A stretch of DNA of 63,835 nucleotides, the filler included, from Octopus bimaculoides (lineage: Eukaryota): assembly GCF_001194135.2 (NCBI RefSeq). It is 4 parts of 4 records of this genome, joined end to end, with 100 filler letters (N's around TTAATTAATTAA, not from the genome) between each part and the next. Parts side by side here need not be neighbours in the genome. Positions count along the whole stretch, not along the records: positions 1 to 22,713 come from NC_068983.1; positions 22,814 to 43,619 come from NC_069001.1; 2 more parts are not named here. One strand, 5' to 3'. The translations under genes were made by a program, and so were the position numbers. Positions 13,588 through 24,744 of this stretch are shown here, one piece after another. How positions within the stretch are numbered: the first letter of the stretch is position 1; every line of letters begins with the position of its first letter. Below the pieces are notes generated by a model that saw nothing but the letters and a program-made list of their open reading frames with translations, made no database searches and was not told where the DNA came from.

Positions 13588-13756
13588 CGACGAGCTTCTT
13601 TCAGTTTCCGTCAATCAAATCCACTCACAAGGCTTTAGTTTGTCTGGGGTTATTATAGAAAACATTTACCTAAGGTGTCACGCAATGGAAGGAACTGAAC
13701 CCGAAACCATGTAGTTGGGGGTGTAAACATATTACCACACAGCTATGTCTGTGCCT
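12964..13756 (-). mobile_element. SINE family B, with an unrelated insert in its internal microsatellite and a gap-associated duplication
   Basis: 3' half at 12964-13150 and 5' half at 13585-13756 match the B consensus seen in other copies. Confidence 0.85.
13199..13430. mobile_element. Unclassified insert inside the (TA)n tract of a SINE B
   Basis: Non-SINE sequence interrupts the (TA)n tract and has a 9-bp hairpin CACGAGCCA/TGGCTCGTG just before the gap. Confidence 0.4.
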
Positions 13757-14010
13757 ATGTTGTATCAGTTTTTTGTAATTAGTTATGTTATATATAATTT
13801 CGTCCCTTTCGGTGCCATGATATAATGTCACTTATATATTTTCCTTCATACCTCTAATCACAAAACACTTTCAAATTTGTGTTAACTTGCGCCGCCAATT
13901 ACAGTTTCGCTTTTTGTAATTCACCTAATAGTTTTTTTGTTTGTTTTTTTTTTATTTTTCATTTAACACTCATCTATGTATCAAATCAAAATGTAATATC
14001 TGTTAAGCTG

Positions 14011-14445
14011 AAGGCGGTGAGCTGGCAGAAACGTTAGCACGCCGGGCGAAATGCTTAGTGGTATTTCGTCTGCCGCTATGTTCTGTGTTCAAATTTCGCC
14101 GAGGTCGACTTTGCCTTTCATCCTTTCGGGCTCGATAAATTAAGTACCAGTTACACACTAGGGTCGATGCAATCAACTTAATCCCTTTGTCTGTCCTTGT
14201 TTGTCCCCTCTATGTTTAGCCCCTTGTGGACAATAAAGAAATAAGAAACGTTAGCATGCCGGGCGAAATGCTTAGCGGTATTTCGTCTGTCTTTACGTTC
14301 TGAGTTCAAATTCCGCCGAGGTCGACTTTACCTTACATCCTTTCTTGGTCGATAGATTAAGTACCAGTTGTGTACTGAGGTCGATCTAATCGGCTGGCCC
14401 CTCCCAAAAAATTTCGGGCCTTGTGCCTAGAGTAGAAAAGAATAT
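14011..14445 (+). mobile_element. SINE family C dimer (full unit with tail type 1, then 5'-truncated unit with tail type 2)
   Basis: Two copies of GAGGTCGACTT...GATAAATTAAGTACCAG; junction AAAGAAATAAGAAACGTTAGC at about 14235-14255. Confidence 0.9.
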
Positions 14446-14502
14446 CTACTATGCTGAACAATTTCTTCATACGCGCACACACACACGTACATGCACACCT
14501 AC

Positions 14503-14886
14503 GGTAACTTTATAAATCACATGGTTCCGAGTTCAGTTCCACTGCGTGGCACATTGGGCAAGTTTCTACTATAGTCTCTGATCGACGAAAGACTTGTGAA
14601 TAAATTGGGTAGACGGAAACTGAAAGAAGGCCGTCGTCTATCTATCTATCTATCTATCTATCACTATGTGTGGAGGGTGTATTTGTATCAGTGTTTGTCC
14701 CCACCACCGCTTGACAACCGATGTTGGTTTGTTGGTTCCCCGTATTCTAACAGTTCGACAAAAGAAACTGACAGAATAAGTACCAGGCTTAAAAAAGTAC
14801 TGGGGTCAATTCTTTCAAATAAAATCTCTTCAAGACAATGCCCCAGCATAGCCGCAGTCTAATGACTAAAACAAAAGATAAAAGAT
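14503..14886 (+). mobile_element. SINE family B
   Basis: Head, GGAAACTGAAAGAAG block, internal microsatellite, CCCCAGCATAGCCGCAGTC end and (AAAAGAT) tail. Confidence 0.85.
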
Positions 14887-15181
14887 ATGTGAGGGTGTGT
14901 ATATGTATGTAACTTAAATCATACATATGCATTAATGTATGTGTATGTATATGAGTGTGTGTGCGCACGGTCGCGCGTGTGTGTTACTATCGCGATTCTG
15001 AGACTCTATTCTGGAATCAGAGGTAGACATGATGAAAAAACGATCTAGAAGTTATTTAAAAGTGGAAAACGTGAAACTGCTTTTGTCAGCTACAACCGAT
15101 TCCTCCACCCCACGTACACATATACTCAAAAAGTAGTTTATTAAAAGAAATATATATTTTATTCAGTTTAAGGATACAGGT

Positions 15182-15590
15182 TGGAAAATATTCTATCAAT
15201 ATTGCACAAATGATGTTGGCATCAATTTTAAAATCCACCCAAGACTTGGCCCCCATGCTATCCGCCTACTACAAAAATCGAACTCAGGACATATAACAAC
15301 ATTACGCCACAACTACTTTACCTCAACCGGTCCAGCTCTCTTTAACACCATACCAAAATACGTCAAAACGGAAACGGATCCCATAAAATTCAGAAGTTCA
15401 CTGGTTAAATTTCTTCAAAAAATCCCGAACCAACCTCCTACACCGAGGTATGTCCCCAACAATAATAACTCTTTGCTAGAGTGGGCCATAGTGCCGCATA
15501 TATGACTAAAAGACATCACCAGGTGGTGCTATTAAGTTAGACATGGCCTGGGCCTTTACTGGCCGAAACCTGTCAAAGATATCAAAGCTA
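15182..15590 (+). mobile_element. LINE ORF2 C-terminus and 3' UTR (CR1/L2/Jockey-type), 5'-truncated
   Basis: Open frame WKIFYQYCTNDVGINFKIHPRLG...TGPALFNTIPKYVKTETDPIKFRSSLVKFLQKIPNQPPTPRYVPNNNNSLLEW, stop at 15503-15505. GPxLFNxIP and FLxxIPxQP motifs are characteristic. Confidence 0.85.
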
Positions 15591-15618
15591 TACGATTACA
15601 TAAATTCACCAAAACCTC

Positions 15619-15670
<52 letters not shown>

Positions 15671-15935
15671 CAACACTGTATGTATTCATCTAAGTTGTTG
15701 TTTACTCATTACTTAAAATTTTATACATTCTTTGCAGTTTTCCCAAAGGTTTATTATCATATTGTTGTGAACTATTTGTGTGAATATTTATTTTTATGAC
15801 CTTAATTCTTAAGGCTTTTCCATTGTTACGTCAAAAATATTAAAATTCTTAGAGTTACAGTTTGAAACGGGTTCACATCTTCTAAAATATTCCGTAAATT
15901 TCTCATTATCAAAAACAATATAGCAATCGTCTTAA

Positions 15936-16182
15936 AGGCGGCAAGCTGTCTGAACCGTTAGCAGGCTGGACAAAATGCTTAGCGGCATTCCGTCCTTCTT
16001 TGCGGTCTAAGTTCAAATGCTGCCGAGATCGATTTGTCTTTCATCATTTCGGGATCGATAAAATAAACACCAGTTGAATCCTGGGGAGTCGATTTAGTGG
16101 CCCCTGACATTACAGATGTAACCGTCTTACCCACTTCCTTGAAACTACTGGCCTTGTGCCAAAATTTGAAACCAATATAACT
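15936..16182 (+). mobile_element. SINE family C
   Basis: AGGCGGCAAGCTG head; 10-bp target-site duplication ATCGTCTTAA at 15926-15935 and 16183-16192. Confidence 0.85.
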
Positions 16183-16304
16183 ATCGTCTTAATTTCAAAT
16201 AGATTCAAGAAATATATATACTCATGTTTCAAGTTCTAGTTATTCTGTGTATACTACACAAACCTGAGTGTGCGTGTGCATGTGTGTGTGTGTGTGTGTG
16301 TTTG

Positions 16305-16382
<78 letters not shown>

Positions 16383-16483
16383 CAAAGAGAAAGAGAGAAT
16401 GGGGTGAAAAGTGATTTTTAGATGGACAGACAGACAGGCAGCAGACAGACAGACAGACAGGCAGCAGACAGACAGACAGATAA

Positions 16484-16520
<37 letters not shown>

Positions 16521-16594
16521 ACTCATATAACACAATAGTTCCATCAGTTCAAATGAAGCCAGCAGCCCAACCACCACGTCACCATTATCGTCAC

Positions 16595-16635
<41 letters not shown>

Positions 16636-17191
16636 ACTCTTCAAGCATCATCACCAACAGCAACAACCACTTTTATTATTCGCTAAACATGATGGAACTC
16701 CATTAAATCTATTTATGTATTGCTTCTCATGTTTTCAACATTCTAAGAATCAGCTACCTGAAACACACACACTCACACTCACACACACACACACACACTT
16801 AAATAGTAAGAGAATAGGAAAAAATAACATTGATAATATAATAGCAGCAATAACAACAAACATCATCATCGTCATCATCATCATGGTCGACGTTATCATC
16901 ATCATCATCATCATCATCATTATCATGTAGATCTTCGTTATTGCTACGCATGAAAACTATTTGAAAAAAAAAAAGACTAAAAGTAACATCGAAAGCAGAC
17001 TGGTATTTTGGCAATAATCTACATAATATGTGGGTGCACAGGATTATTTGGCACGTTGCGATATCCAGATTGGCTAAATTTGTTCCTTTACGCATGCGCG
17101 CGCACACACACGCACACACACATGCACACACATGCACATGTACATTCATACATACATACCGATATTTGAAATTCTAGTAAAGCTCTTGTAT

Positions 17192-17231
<40 letters not shown>

Positions 17232-17321
17232 NNNNNNNNNNNNNNNNNNNNNNNNNNNNNNNNNNNNNNNNNNNNNNNNNNNNNNNNNNNNNNNNNNNNN
17301 NNNNNNNNNNNNNNNNNNNNN

Positions 17322-17357
<36 letters not shown>

Positions 17358-17390
17358 GTGTGTGTGTGTATCTGTTTGTGTCTGTGTGTG

Positions 17391-17427
<37 letters not shown>

Positions 17428-18065
17428 TCAATCCTCTTCTCTCTCTTTCTACTTCTCTCTCCCCTCCCTCTCTCTCTCTCTCGTTCTTTCTAGTAGTAGT
17501 AGTATCAGCAGCAGCAGTAGTGGTATATTATCTATTCATATCTTAATTGTTTTATAATCTTCCCCTGTCGGTCTGTGTCAATCCCCGCTACTTATGTTTG
17601 CTTTTTGTTCTTTTTTTCTCCTACATCACCTTTCTATTTTCTCCAGCTTCTAGTACTCTTGCTGCTAATATAGGACAAACACTATTACAAGCGATTCCCG
17701 TAGAATTCCACTTTTTTTTTCTTCTTTTCTGAAGCATAACTTCATAGATCTTTATAACATTGTGTCACTATATTTAGCATTTCGATTTTGTTTATAATTT
17801 CGCTCCATTGTTATGCGTAACATTCAAATGCATGTCGTGACGAGCAAAAAATAGAATATTATCGCCTTTTGAATTGGTCAACATATGTTTGAGGTATTCA
17901 GCTATCTTCCATTCCGTTCTTATTTCGAATTCCTCTGAAACTTCTTCGCTCACCATCCAGCTTCGATAAAATAATTATCAGTCAAGCACTGGGATCAATC
18001 TCAACGAAAGTACCCTCCAACAAGATATTAGCCATCTGTCTTTGTAAGAAATTATATCATTATTA

Positions 18066-18678
18066 TTAAGACGGTGAAAGTGGCAGGCAGGACAAAATGC
18101 TTACTCTTTTACTTGTTTCAGTCTTTTGACTGTGGCCATGCTGGAGCACCGCCTTTAGCTTTAGTCAAGCAAATCGACCCCAGGACTTATTCTTTGGAAG
18201 CCTAGTACTTATTCTATCGGTCTCTTTTGCCGAACTGCTAAGTTACGGGGGACATAAACACACCAGCATCGGTTGTCAAGCGATGTTGGGGGGACAAACA
18301 CAGACATACAAACACATACACACATACATATATGTATATACATATATACGACGGGCTTCTTTCAGTTTCCATCTACCAAATCCACTCACAAAGCTTTGGT
18401 CGGCCCGAAGCTATAGTAGAAGACACTTGCCCAAGATGCCACGCAGTGGGACTGAACCCGGAACCATGTGGTTGGTAAGCAAGCTACTTACCACACAGCC
18501 ACTCCTAGAAGCATATCGCCAGTCTTTACATTATGAGGTCAAAATTCACCGAGATCGACTTTGCTTTTCATCCTTTTGGGTTCGATAAATTAAGTACCAG
18601 TCAAGTACTGGAATCGAAGTAATCGACTGTCCCCTTCCCCTAAAATTCCAGCCTTGTGCCTATTACAGAAAGAATTAT
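18066..18678 (+). mobile_element. SINE family C interrupted by a family B insertion
   Basis: C head at 18066-18101 resumes at 18507 (GAGATCGACTTTGC...AAGTACCAG). Confidence 0.75.
18102..18506 (-). mobile_element. SINE family B, full length, little diverged
   Basis: Complete reverse-complement match to the B structure including the internal (CA/TA)n. Confidence 0.92.
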
Positions 18679-18880
18679 AAAGACGGTGAGCTGGAAGATT
18701 TGCTTAAGGTTATTTCGTCCGTCTTTACGTTCTGAAATCAAATTCCTCCGAGGTCGTCATTGCCTTTCTGCTTTCGGGGTCGATGAAATAAATATCAATT
18801 GAGCACTGGAGTCGATGTAATCAATTATCTCCGTCCTCCAAAGTTTTAGATCTTTTGCCTATAATACAAAGGGTTATTAT
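18679..18880 (+). mobile_element. SINE family C
   Basis: AGACGGTGAGCTGG head; GAGGTCGTC...GGGGTCGAT core. Confidence 0.8.
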
Positions 18881-19030
18881 CATTGGTATTGATGACTTTG
18901 GTGGGATTCGAACTCTGGACGTACAGAGACGTAACTAAGTACAAGGTATATTTTTATGTCCGGACTTAACGGTTTCTCCCCCTTCTGTCTGCCTCTTCTT
19001 CCCGTTTATACAAATAATTTCTTTAATTGT

Positions 19031-19499
19031 TAGTTTCAAATTTTGGTACAAGGTCAGCAATTTCTTAGGGGTGGTTACTCGATCACATCTACTCCATTGC
19101 ACAACTGGCACTTATTATATCGACCGAAAGGATGAAAGGCAAAGTCGACCCCGGCGGAATTTGAACTCAGAACGTAAAGACAGACGAAATGCTGCTAAGC
19201 ATTTATTATTATTAATATTTTTTTCTTTTTACCCGGTGTGCTAACGATTCTTATTTCTTTACTGCCCACAAGAGGGGACAAACAGAGGGGAGAAACAAGG
19301 ACAGACAAAGGGATTAGGTCAATTATATCGAACCCAGTGCGTAACTGGTACTTATTTAATCGACTCCGAAAGGATGAAAGGCAAAGGCAAAGTCAAAGTC
19401 AAAGTCGACCTCGGCGGAATTTGAACTCAGAACGTAAAGACAGACGAAGCACCGCTAAGCATTTCGCCTGGCATGCTAACAATTCTGCCAGCTCGCCGC
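19031..19499 (-). mobile_element. SINE family C dimer, same junction as 14011-14445
   Basis: Junction on the plus strand GTGCTAACGATTCTTATTTCTTTACTGCCCACAAG is the reverse complement of the 14235 junction. Confidence 0.88.
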
Positions 19500-19522
19500 G
19501 CTAATAATTTCTTTGATTATTA

Positions 19523-19712
19523 ACATGGTGGACTGACAGACTTGTTACAGAGTCGGACAAATATACCTTGCAGTATATGTTCCTCTTCTTTACGTTCTCA
19601 GTTCAAGTCCCGCTGAAATCAACATGTTTGTAAAATTTAGTACAGTCAAGTACCAGAATTGATCTAATCGACTAGCCCCTACCCACCAAATTTAAGGTTA
19701 TGTGCCAATATT
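19523..19712 (+). mobile_element. SINE family C, diverged
   Basis: TTTACGTTCTCAGTTCAAGTCCCGCTGA and AAGTACCAG...CTAATCGACT blocks. Confidence 0.65.
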
Positions 19713-19763
19713 TTCAATCAATATGTGTATGTGCGCGCGTGTAGGCGGGCTTGCGCATTATGG

Positions 19764-19916
19764 ATATTCTTTTCTACTCTAGGCACAAGGCCCGAAATTT
19801 TGGGGAGGGGGGGACAGTCGATAAGATCGATCCCCAGTACCCAACTGGTACTTAATTTGTCCACCCCGAAAAAATAAAAGGCAAAGTTGACCTCGGCGGA
19901 GTTTGAACTCAGAACG
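19764..19916 (-). mobile_element. SINE family C, 3' portion
   Basis: Reverse complement of the tail type 2 and core blocks. Confidence 0.85.
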
Positions 19917-20402
19917 CGCGTTACGGATATTGGAAAGTTCAAAGCCTTGCAATGACTGGTAGTTTCAGTTCAAGTATTTTTAACTAGAACGAAAGCATTA
20001 GTCACTGTGAGACATCGAACTTGCATTGAACTCACAATAAAATTAACTGACAATGTATTGACGTCTTTCTTTGAGTTAGTTGTACACATCACACTCTACA
20101 CTAACAGCTTTCTTTCTTTCTCTCTCTCTCTCCCTCTCACTCCCCCCTCTCTCTCTCTCTGCATATGTATGTGTGAGAGAGAGAGAGAGAGAGNNNNNNN
20201 NNNNNNNNNNNNNNNNNNNNNNNNNNNNNNNNNNNNNNNNNNNNNNNCTCTCTCTCCCTCTCACTCCCCCCTCTCTCTCTCTCTGCATATGTATGTGAGA
20301 GAGAGAGAGAGAGAGAGTATACAACTTTTTAATCAAATTTATTACTCTGAAAATACGAATTTAACCTTTTTATATTAATAATTTCGTTATTAACCCTTTG
20401 TG

Positions 20403-20620
20403 AAGGCGGCGATCTGACAGAATCGTTACCACGCCGGACAAAATGCTCTGCGTTATTTCGTCCGGCTTTAGTTACTGAGTTCAAATTCCTCCGAGGTCGA
20501 CTTTGCCTTTCATTCCTTTTGGAGTCGATGAAATAAGTACCAGTTGAGTACTGAGCTCATTGTAATCGACTAGCCTTCTCCCGCCAAAAATTTCAGGCCT
20601 TGTGCCCATAATAGAAACAA
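20403..20620 (+). mobile_element. SINE family C
   Basis: Full head-core-tail; imperfect target-site duplication TAACCCTTTGTG / TAACACTTTGTG. Confidence 0.87.
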
Positions 20621-20773
20621 CTAATAACACTTTGTGTGTGGGTTAAAGCAATAAAGTTCCTAAGTCTATTAGCATCGATAGATCTTCTTTGCCTAATCAT
20701 CTTCTGAATGAAGTGTGGCTGGAAGTAGCATAATAATGTTACCAACACAAGAAGACAATCACCTAGTCTCTCA

Positions 20774-20845
20774 CATCCCTTAACAAATTACATTTCTCAT
20801 CCCTTAACAAATTACATTTCTCATCCCTTAACAAATTACATTTCT
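20774..20845. repeat. Three perfect tandem copies of a 24-bp unit CATCCCTTAACAAATTACATTTCT
   Basis: Read directly from the sequence. Confidence 0.95.
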
Positions 20846-21143
20846 CAACTTTAGAGCAAACTCCCAGTTTAAAGAAAAATAAATATAAACTAATACAACC
20901 CCGAATCACTAGAGACTGTTTGGTATAAAACCCTGGGTAGCAAACGACGAAACTTAGTCTAGTAGGTCTAATGATCTAATAAATAGATATAAAAGTTAAG
21001 AGCGAAACTTACACAATCAATTTTGAAACCATCGAAAAACTTTGGAAAGTTCCATAATTGGAAGGCACTAGGAAGATGCTTAATAGTTGGGGGCTACTGA
21101 AATCTATACCGATAATATTTGATGCTAGGTACATCTAGGTACA

Positions 21144-21407
21144 AGTGGAGGCGCGTGGCTTAGTGGTTAGGGTATCAGCATCATGATCGTAAGGTTGTGG
21201 TTTCGATTCCTGGACCGGGCGACGCGTTGTGTTCTTGAGCAAAACATTTTATTTCACGTTGCTCCAGTCCACTCAGCTGGCAAAAGTGAGTAACGCTGCG
21301 ATGGACTGGCGTCCCGTCCAGCTGGGGAACACATACGCCACTGAAACCGGGAAACCGGGCCCATAAGCCTGGCTTGGCTTTAAAAGGGCGCATTTATTAT
21401 TTATTTT
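21144..21407 (+). mobile_element. SINE family A variant (A') with an alternative 3' half
   Basis: Same tRNA head and central block as 1483. 14-bp target-site duplication TACATCTAGGTACA at 21130-21143 and 21408-21421; (TTA)-type tail. Confidence 0.92.
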
Positions 21408-21852
21408 TACATCTAGGTACATCAGTACATGTAATAATCAAATATAGGTACGGAACGAGCAAACATTGGAGCTTTTATGCGATTCTTCCACCTGCCAGAA
21501 ATAATAGCATAATCTTCAAATAACCTCCAACTATCTTTAAAAATGGAAGAGCACATTATTGAATGATATCGTAAATACTGCCAAAAATACGGGACGGTCT
21601 TAGGTGCAATATGCCTTATATAAAGTGATACGCACAGTCATTCACACATACTTCTCCGCTCATATTCACGCATCCACACATCCACACATACACATCAACA
21701 TACACACAAACAAAATTCTTAAACCTTGATATATATTATGAAAGACTACTTTGTTTATAAACTTTATGATAAGCAGAGTTGTTTTCAACTTGTGTATACT
21801 TTGCACCAATAATTTTCAGAGAAGTGGTAACATTTCTTAAAGTTCATTAATC

Positions 21853-21933
<81 letters not shown>

Positions 21934-22204
21934 ACAATGAGAGAGAGAGAGAACTCTGAGATGGATGCTTGACGAAGAAACACAGGAAACATCGGTGTTG
22001 TAAAATGTAGGAATAGAAGAAACATTAGAGCAGGGATAGATTCTTCCATCTTAATATTTTTAAACTTGTAAATAGATCGAGAGACAGTTATGACAGATAG
22101 AAATTGCTTGACACATGCCGGAAATGACAGCAATAATAAACTTTGGCAAACCAAACGTTTACAAAATCAATATGAATGTATGTATGTATGTATGTATGTA
22201 TGTC

Positions 22205-22601
22205 AGGTGTGATTGGTAAGAAGCTTACTTCTCAATCACATCGTTTCAAGTTCAGTCCCACTGCGTGGCACCTTGGGCAAGTATCTTCTACTATAGTCTC
22301 CGGTCGACCATAGCCTCGTGAGTAGATCTGGTAGACGGAAACTGAAGCAAGCCCGTTGTATATGCATATATACTTATATATCTCTATGTGTGTGTGAGTG
22401 TCTGTGTGTCCGTGTGTATCTGTTTGTCCGCCACCACCGCCTGATAACCGGTGCTGGTGTGTTTACGTTCTCCTTAACTTAGCAGTTCGGGAAAAGAGAT
22501 CAATAGAATAAGTACTAGGTTCGACAAGGTCTCTTCATGATGGTGCCCCAGCATGGCTGCAGTCAAATGACTGAAACAAGTGAAAGATAAAAGATAAAAG
22601 A
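22205..22601 (+). mobile_element. SINE family B, full length
   Basis: All B blocks present; ends AGTCAAATGACTGAAAC and (AAAGAT)n. Confidence 0.9.
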
Positions 22602-22635
<34 letters not shown>

Positions 22636-22646
22636 CAAATATGCAT

Positions 22647-22713
<67 letters not shown>

Positions 22714-22757
22714 NNNNNNNNNNNNNNNNNNNNNNNNNNNNNNNNNNNNNNNNNNNN

Positions 22758-22769
22758 TTAATTAATTAA
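22758..22769. other. Assembly linker TTAATTAATTAA embedded in N runs (also 43664-43675 and 57923-57934)
   Basis: Identical all-frame-stop 12-mer flanked by Ns three times; technical, not genomic. Confidence 0.95.
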
Positions 22770-22857
22770 NNNNNNNNNNNNNNNNNNNNNNNNNNNNNNN
22801 NNNNNNNNNNNNNAATGATATATATATTGTGTATACATGCATGTGTGTGTGTGTCAT

Positions 22858-23090
22858 CATCATCATCATCATCATCATCGTTGTTTAACGTCCACTTTCC
22901 ATGCTAGCATGGGTTGGACGATTTAACTGAGGACTGGTGAAACCAGATGGCTACACCAGGCTCCAATCTGATTTGGCAGAGTTTCTACAGCTGGATGCCC
23001 TTCCTAATGCCAACCACTCAGAGAGTGTAGTGGGTGCTTTTATGTGCCACCGGCACGAAGGCCAGTCAGGCGGTACTGGCAAATTCTTTC
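22858..23090 (-). mobile_element. SINE family E 3' half with (GAT)n tail
   Basis: Minus strand reads GGAAGGGCATCCAGCTGTAGAAAC...GGACGTTAAACAACGATGATGATG; short tandem-repeat tail typical of non-LTR retroposons. Confidence 0.75.
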
Positions 23091-23762
23091 ATTCATTTTA
23101 CTTGTGTCAGTCATTTGACTACGGCCATGCTAGAGCACCATCTTTAGTTGAACAAATCGACCCCAGGACTTATTCTTTGTCCCCGAACCACTAAGTTATG
23201 GGGACTAAAAGACCACAAATAAATAAATAAACAAATACTGGAAATCTGTAATGATTCTACCATTTTATCTCCATCAATTGCTGTCATGTCTGTTATTGAG
23301 TCAGTTGTGTATGTTGATAGCCAATAGTTGAGAAAATTACTGCAAACTTGAAGAACAGAGAATGAGAAGCTCTCTGTTTCTGTTTCTCTGTTTCTCTCTC
23401 TGTCTCTCTGTCTGTCTCTCTCATACACACATAAAGAAGGGAGAGAAAGAATGAAAGACAGAGAGAGACACTGGTATTTTCATCAAAATAACACAAGTTA
23501 CCACATGCAAGAGATGATGACATTTAATTTTTTTCATCTTCATCCTCATTCTCATCCTCGAGAGATCCACATTCAGTATTGCACTCCCATCTACCTTGTG
23601 CCAAGATTTCAATCAATTACTATTATTATCATTCTGCCAACATCGACTTTGCCTTTCATTTATTCAGGGTCAACAAATTAAGTACCAGTTGATCGCCGGG
23701 GTCAATACAATCAACTCAACCCCTCCCCCGAACTTGCTGGCCTTGTGCCAAAATTTGAAACT

Positions 23763-23798
<36 letters not shown>

Positions 23799-23810
23799 GT
23801 TATTATTATT

Positions 23811-23997
23811 AAGACAGCAAGCTGGCAGAATTGTTAGCATGTCAGACAATATGCTTAACGGCATTTTGTCTGTCGCTACGCTCTGAGTTCAAATTCCGCT
23901 GAGGTCGACTTTGTCTTTAATCCTACTGGGGTTGATATAATTGACTATACCCCGACAAAATACCTGGCCTTGTGCTTATAGAAGACAGGATTATTAT
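23811..23997 (+). mobile_element. SINE family C (a second partial copy lies at about 23640-23762)
   Basis: GCTGGCAGAATTGTTAGC head, GAGGTCGACTTTG core. Confidence 0.85.
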
Positions 23998-24150
23998 TTA
24001 CATGGCTTCAATTTTAAGTTAAGCAGACTGTAGTAGCAGTAGCAGCAGCAGTGTACCTTACAGAAATAAGATGCAAATCCTTCCCACACACAAATTATCA
24101 ATTCATTTTAAGTGAACCGTATTAACGAGATTTATCCATTTTCTTTTCAG

Positions 24151-24335
24151 GTCATTTACAGGTCAGTCTTCGTTATCTATAATTGCTGTTAATTAGCGAT
24201 TAATTAGATGACAGGCACGTCATCAGCAGCTTTCAATTTTAATTACAATGGTTTCATGCACAAGCAATTTATTGTGGCACTTTTGTTAATTAACATGAGA
24301 ATAATGAAGTAAGTTTAATTACATAAATCATTATT
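24151..24335. promoter_or_regulatory. Candidate homeodomain-site cluster (enhancer-like unique sequence)
   Basis: Five TAATTA within 24190-24321, TGACAG at 24209-24214, TGATTTATG (minus strand) at 24322-24330. Confidence 0.35.
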
Positions 24336-24397
24336 AGATGTTATTGATATTGGAACATAAATATATATTGAACCTGTTCAGAATGTTGATCCCAGCT

Positions 24398-24527
24398 AAT
24401 GGCCTTTCTTGCCTGGCAACCAGACAACCCCAAGTTGATAATGGTCTTTCATGCTTAGCAACTAAACAGGTCCTTATTCATAATGGTCTTTCCATGCCTA
24501 GCAACCAGACAATCTCAAGTTGTTGAC
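24398..24527 (+). repeat. Three tandem 42/42/43-bp units, translating as NGLSCLAT[RK]Q-xxxx
   Basis: Units start at 24398, 24440 and 24482; read directly. Confidence 0.9.
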
Positions 24528-24744
24528 AAGAACTCGTAGACAATTCTGAGTTTAGCTCAATGTTTATCTATTTCATATTATCGACCGTGTTGCTATAAAG
24601 ACCTGTTGCCGATTCCTCCAGTTGTATAATGCACCGTTTTCACTGGCATTAAAGTGCAGAGATCCATATCCAGAAAATTTTCTTTAAATATTCTAGCTTC
24701 CAGTAAATTTTCTATAAGAAATTGCAAAAACAATTTTAATATGT

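Noticed and set aside
20774-20845. CRISPR-like appearance of 24-bp and 42-bp direct repeats
   Set aside because: Units are contiguous with no unique spacers, there are no cas genes, and the context is eukaryotic.
22758-22769. TTAATTAATTAA as a possible biological motif
   Set aside because: Always flanked by Ns on both sides; assembly spacer.
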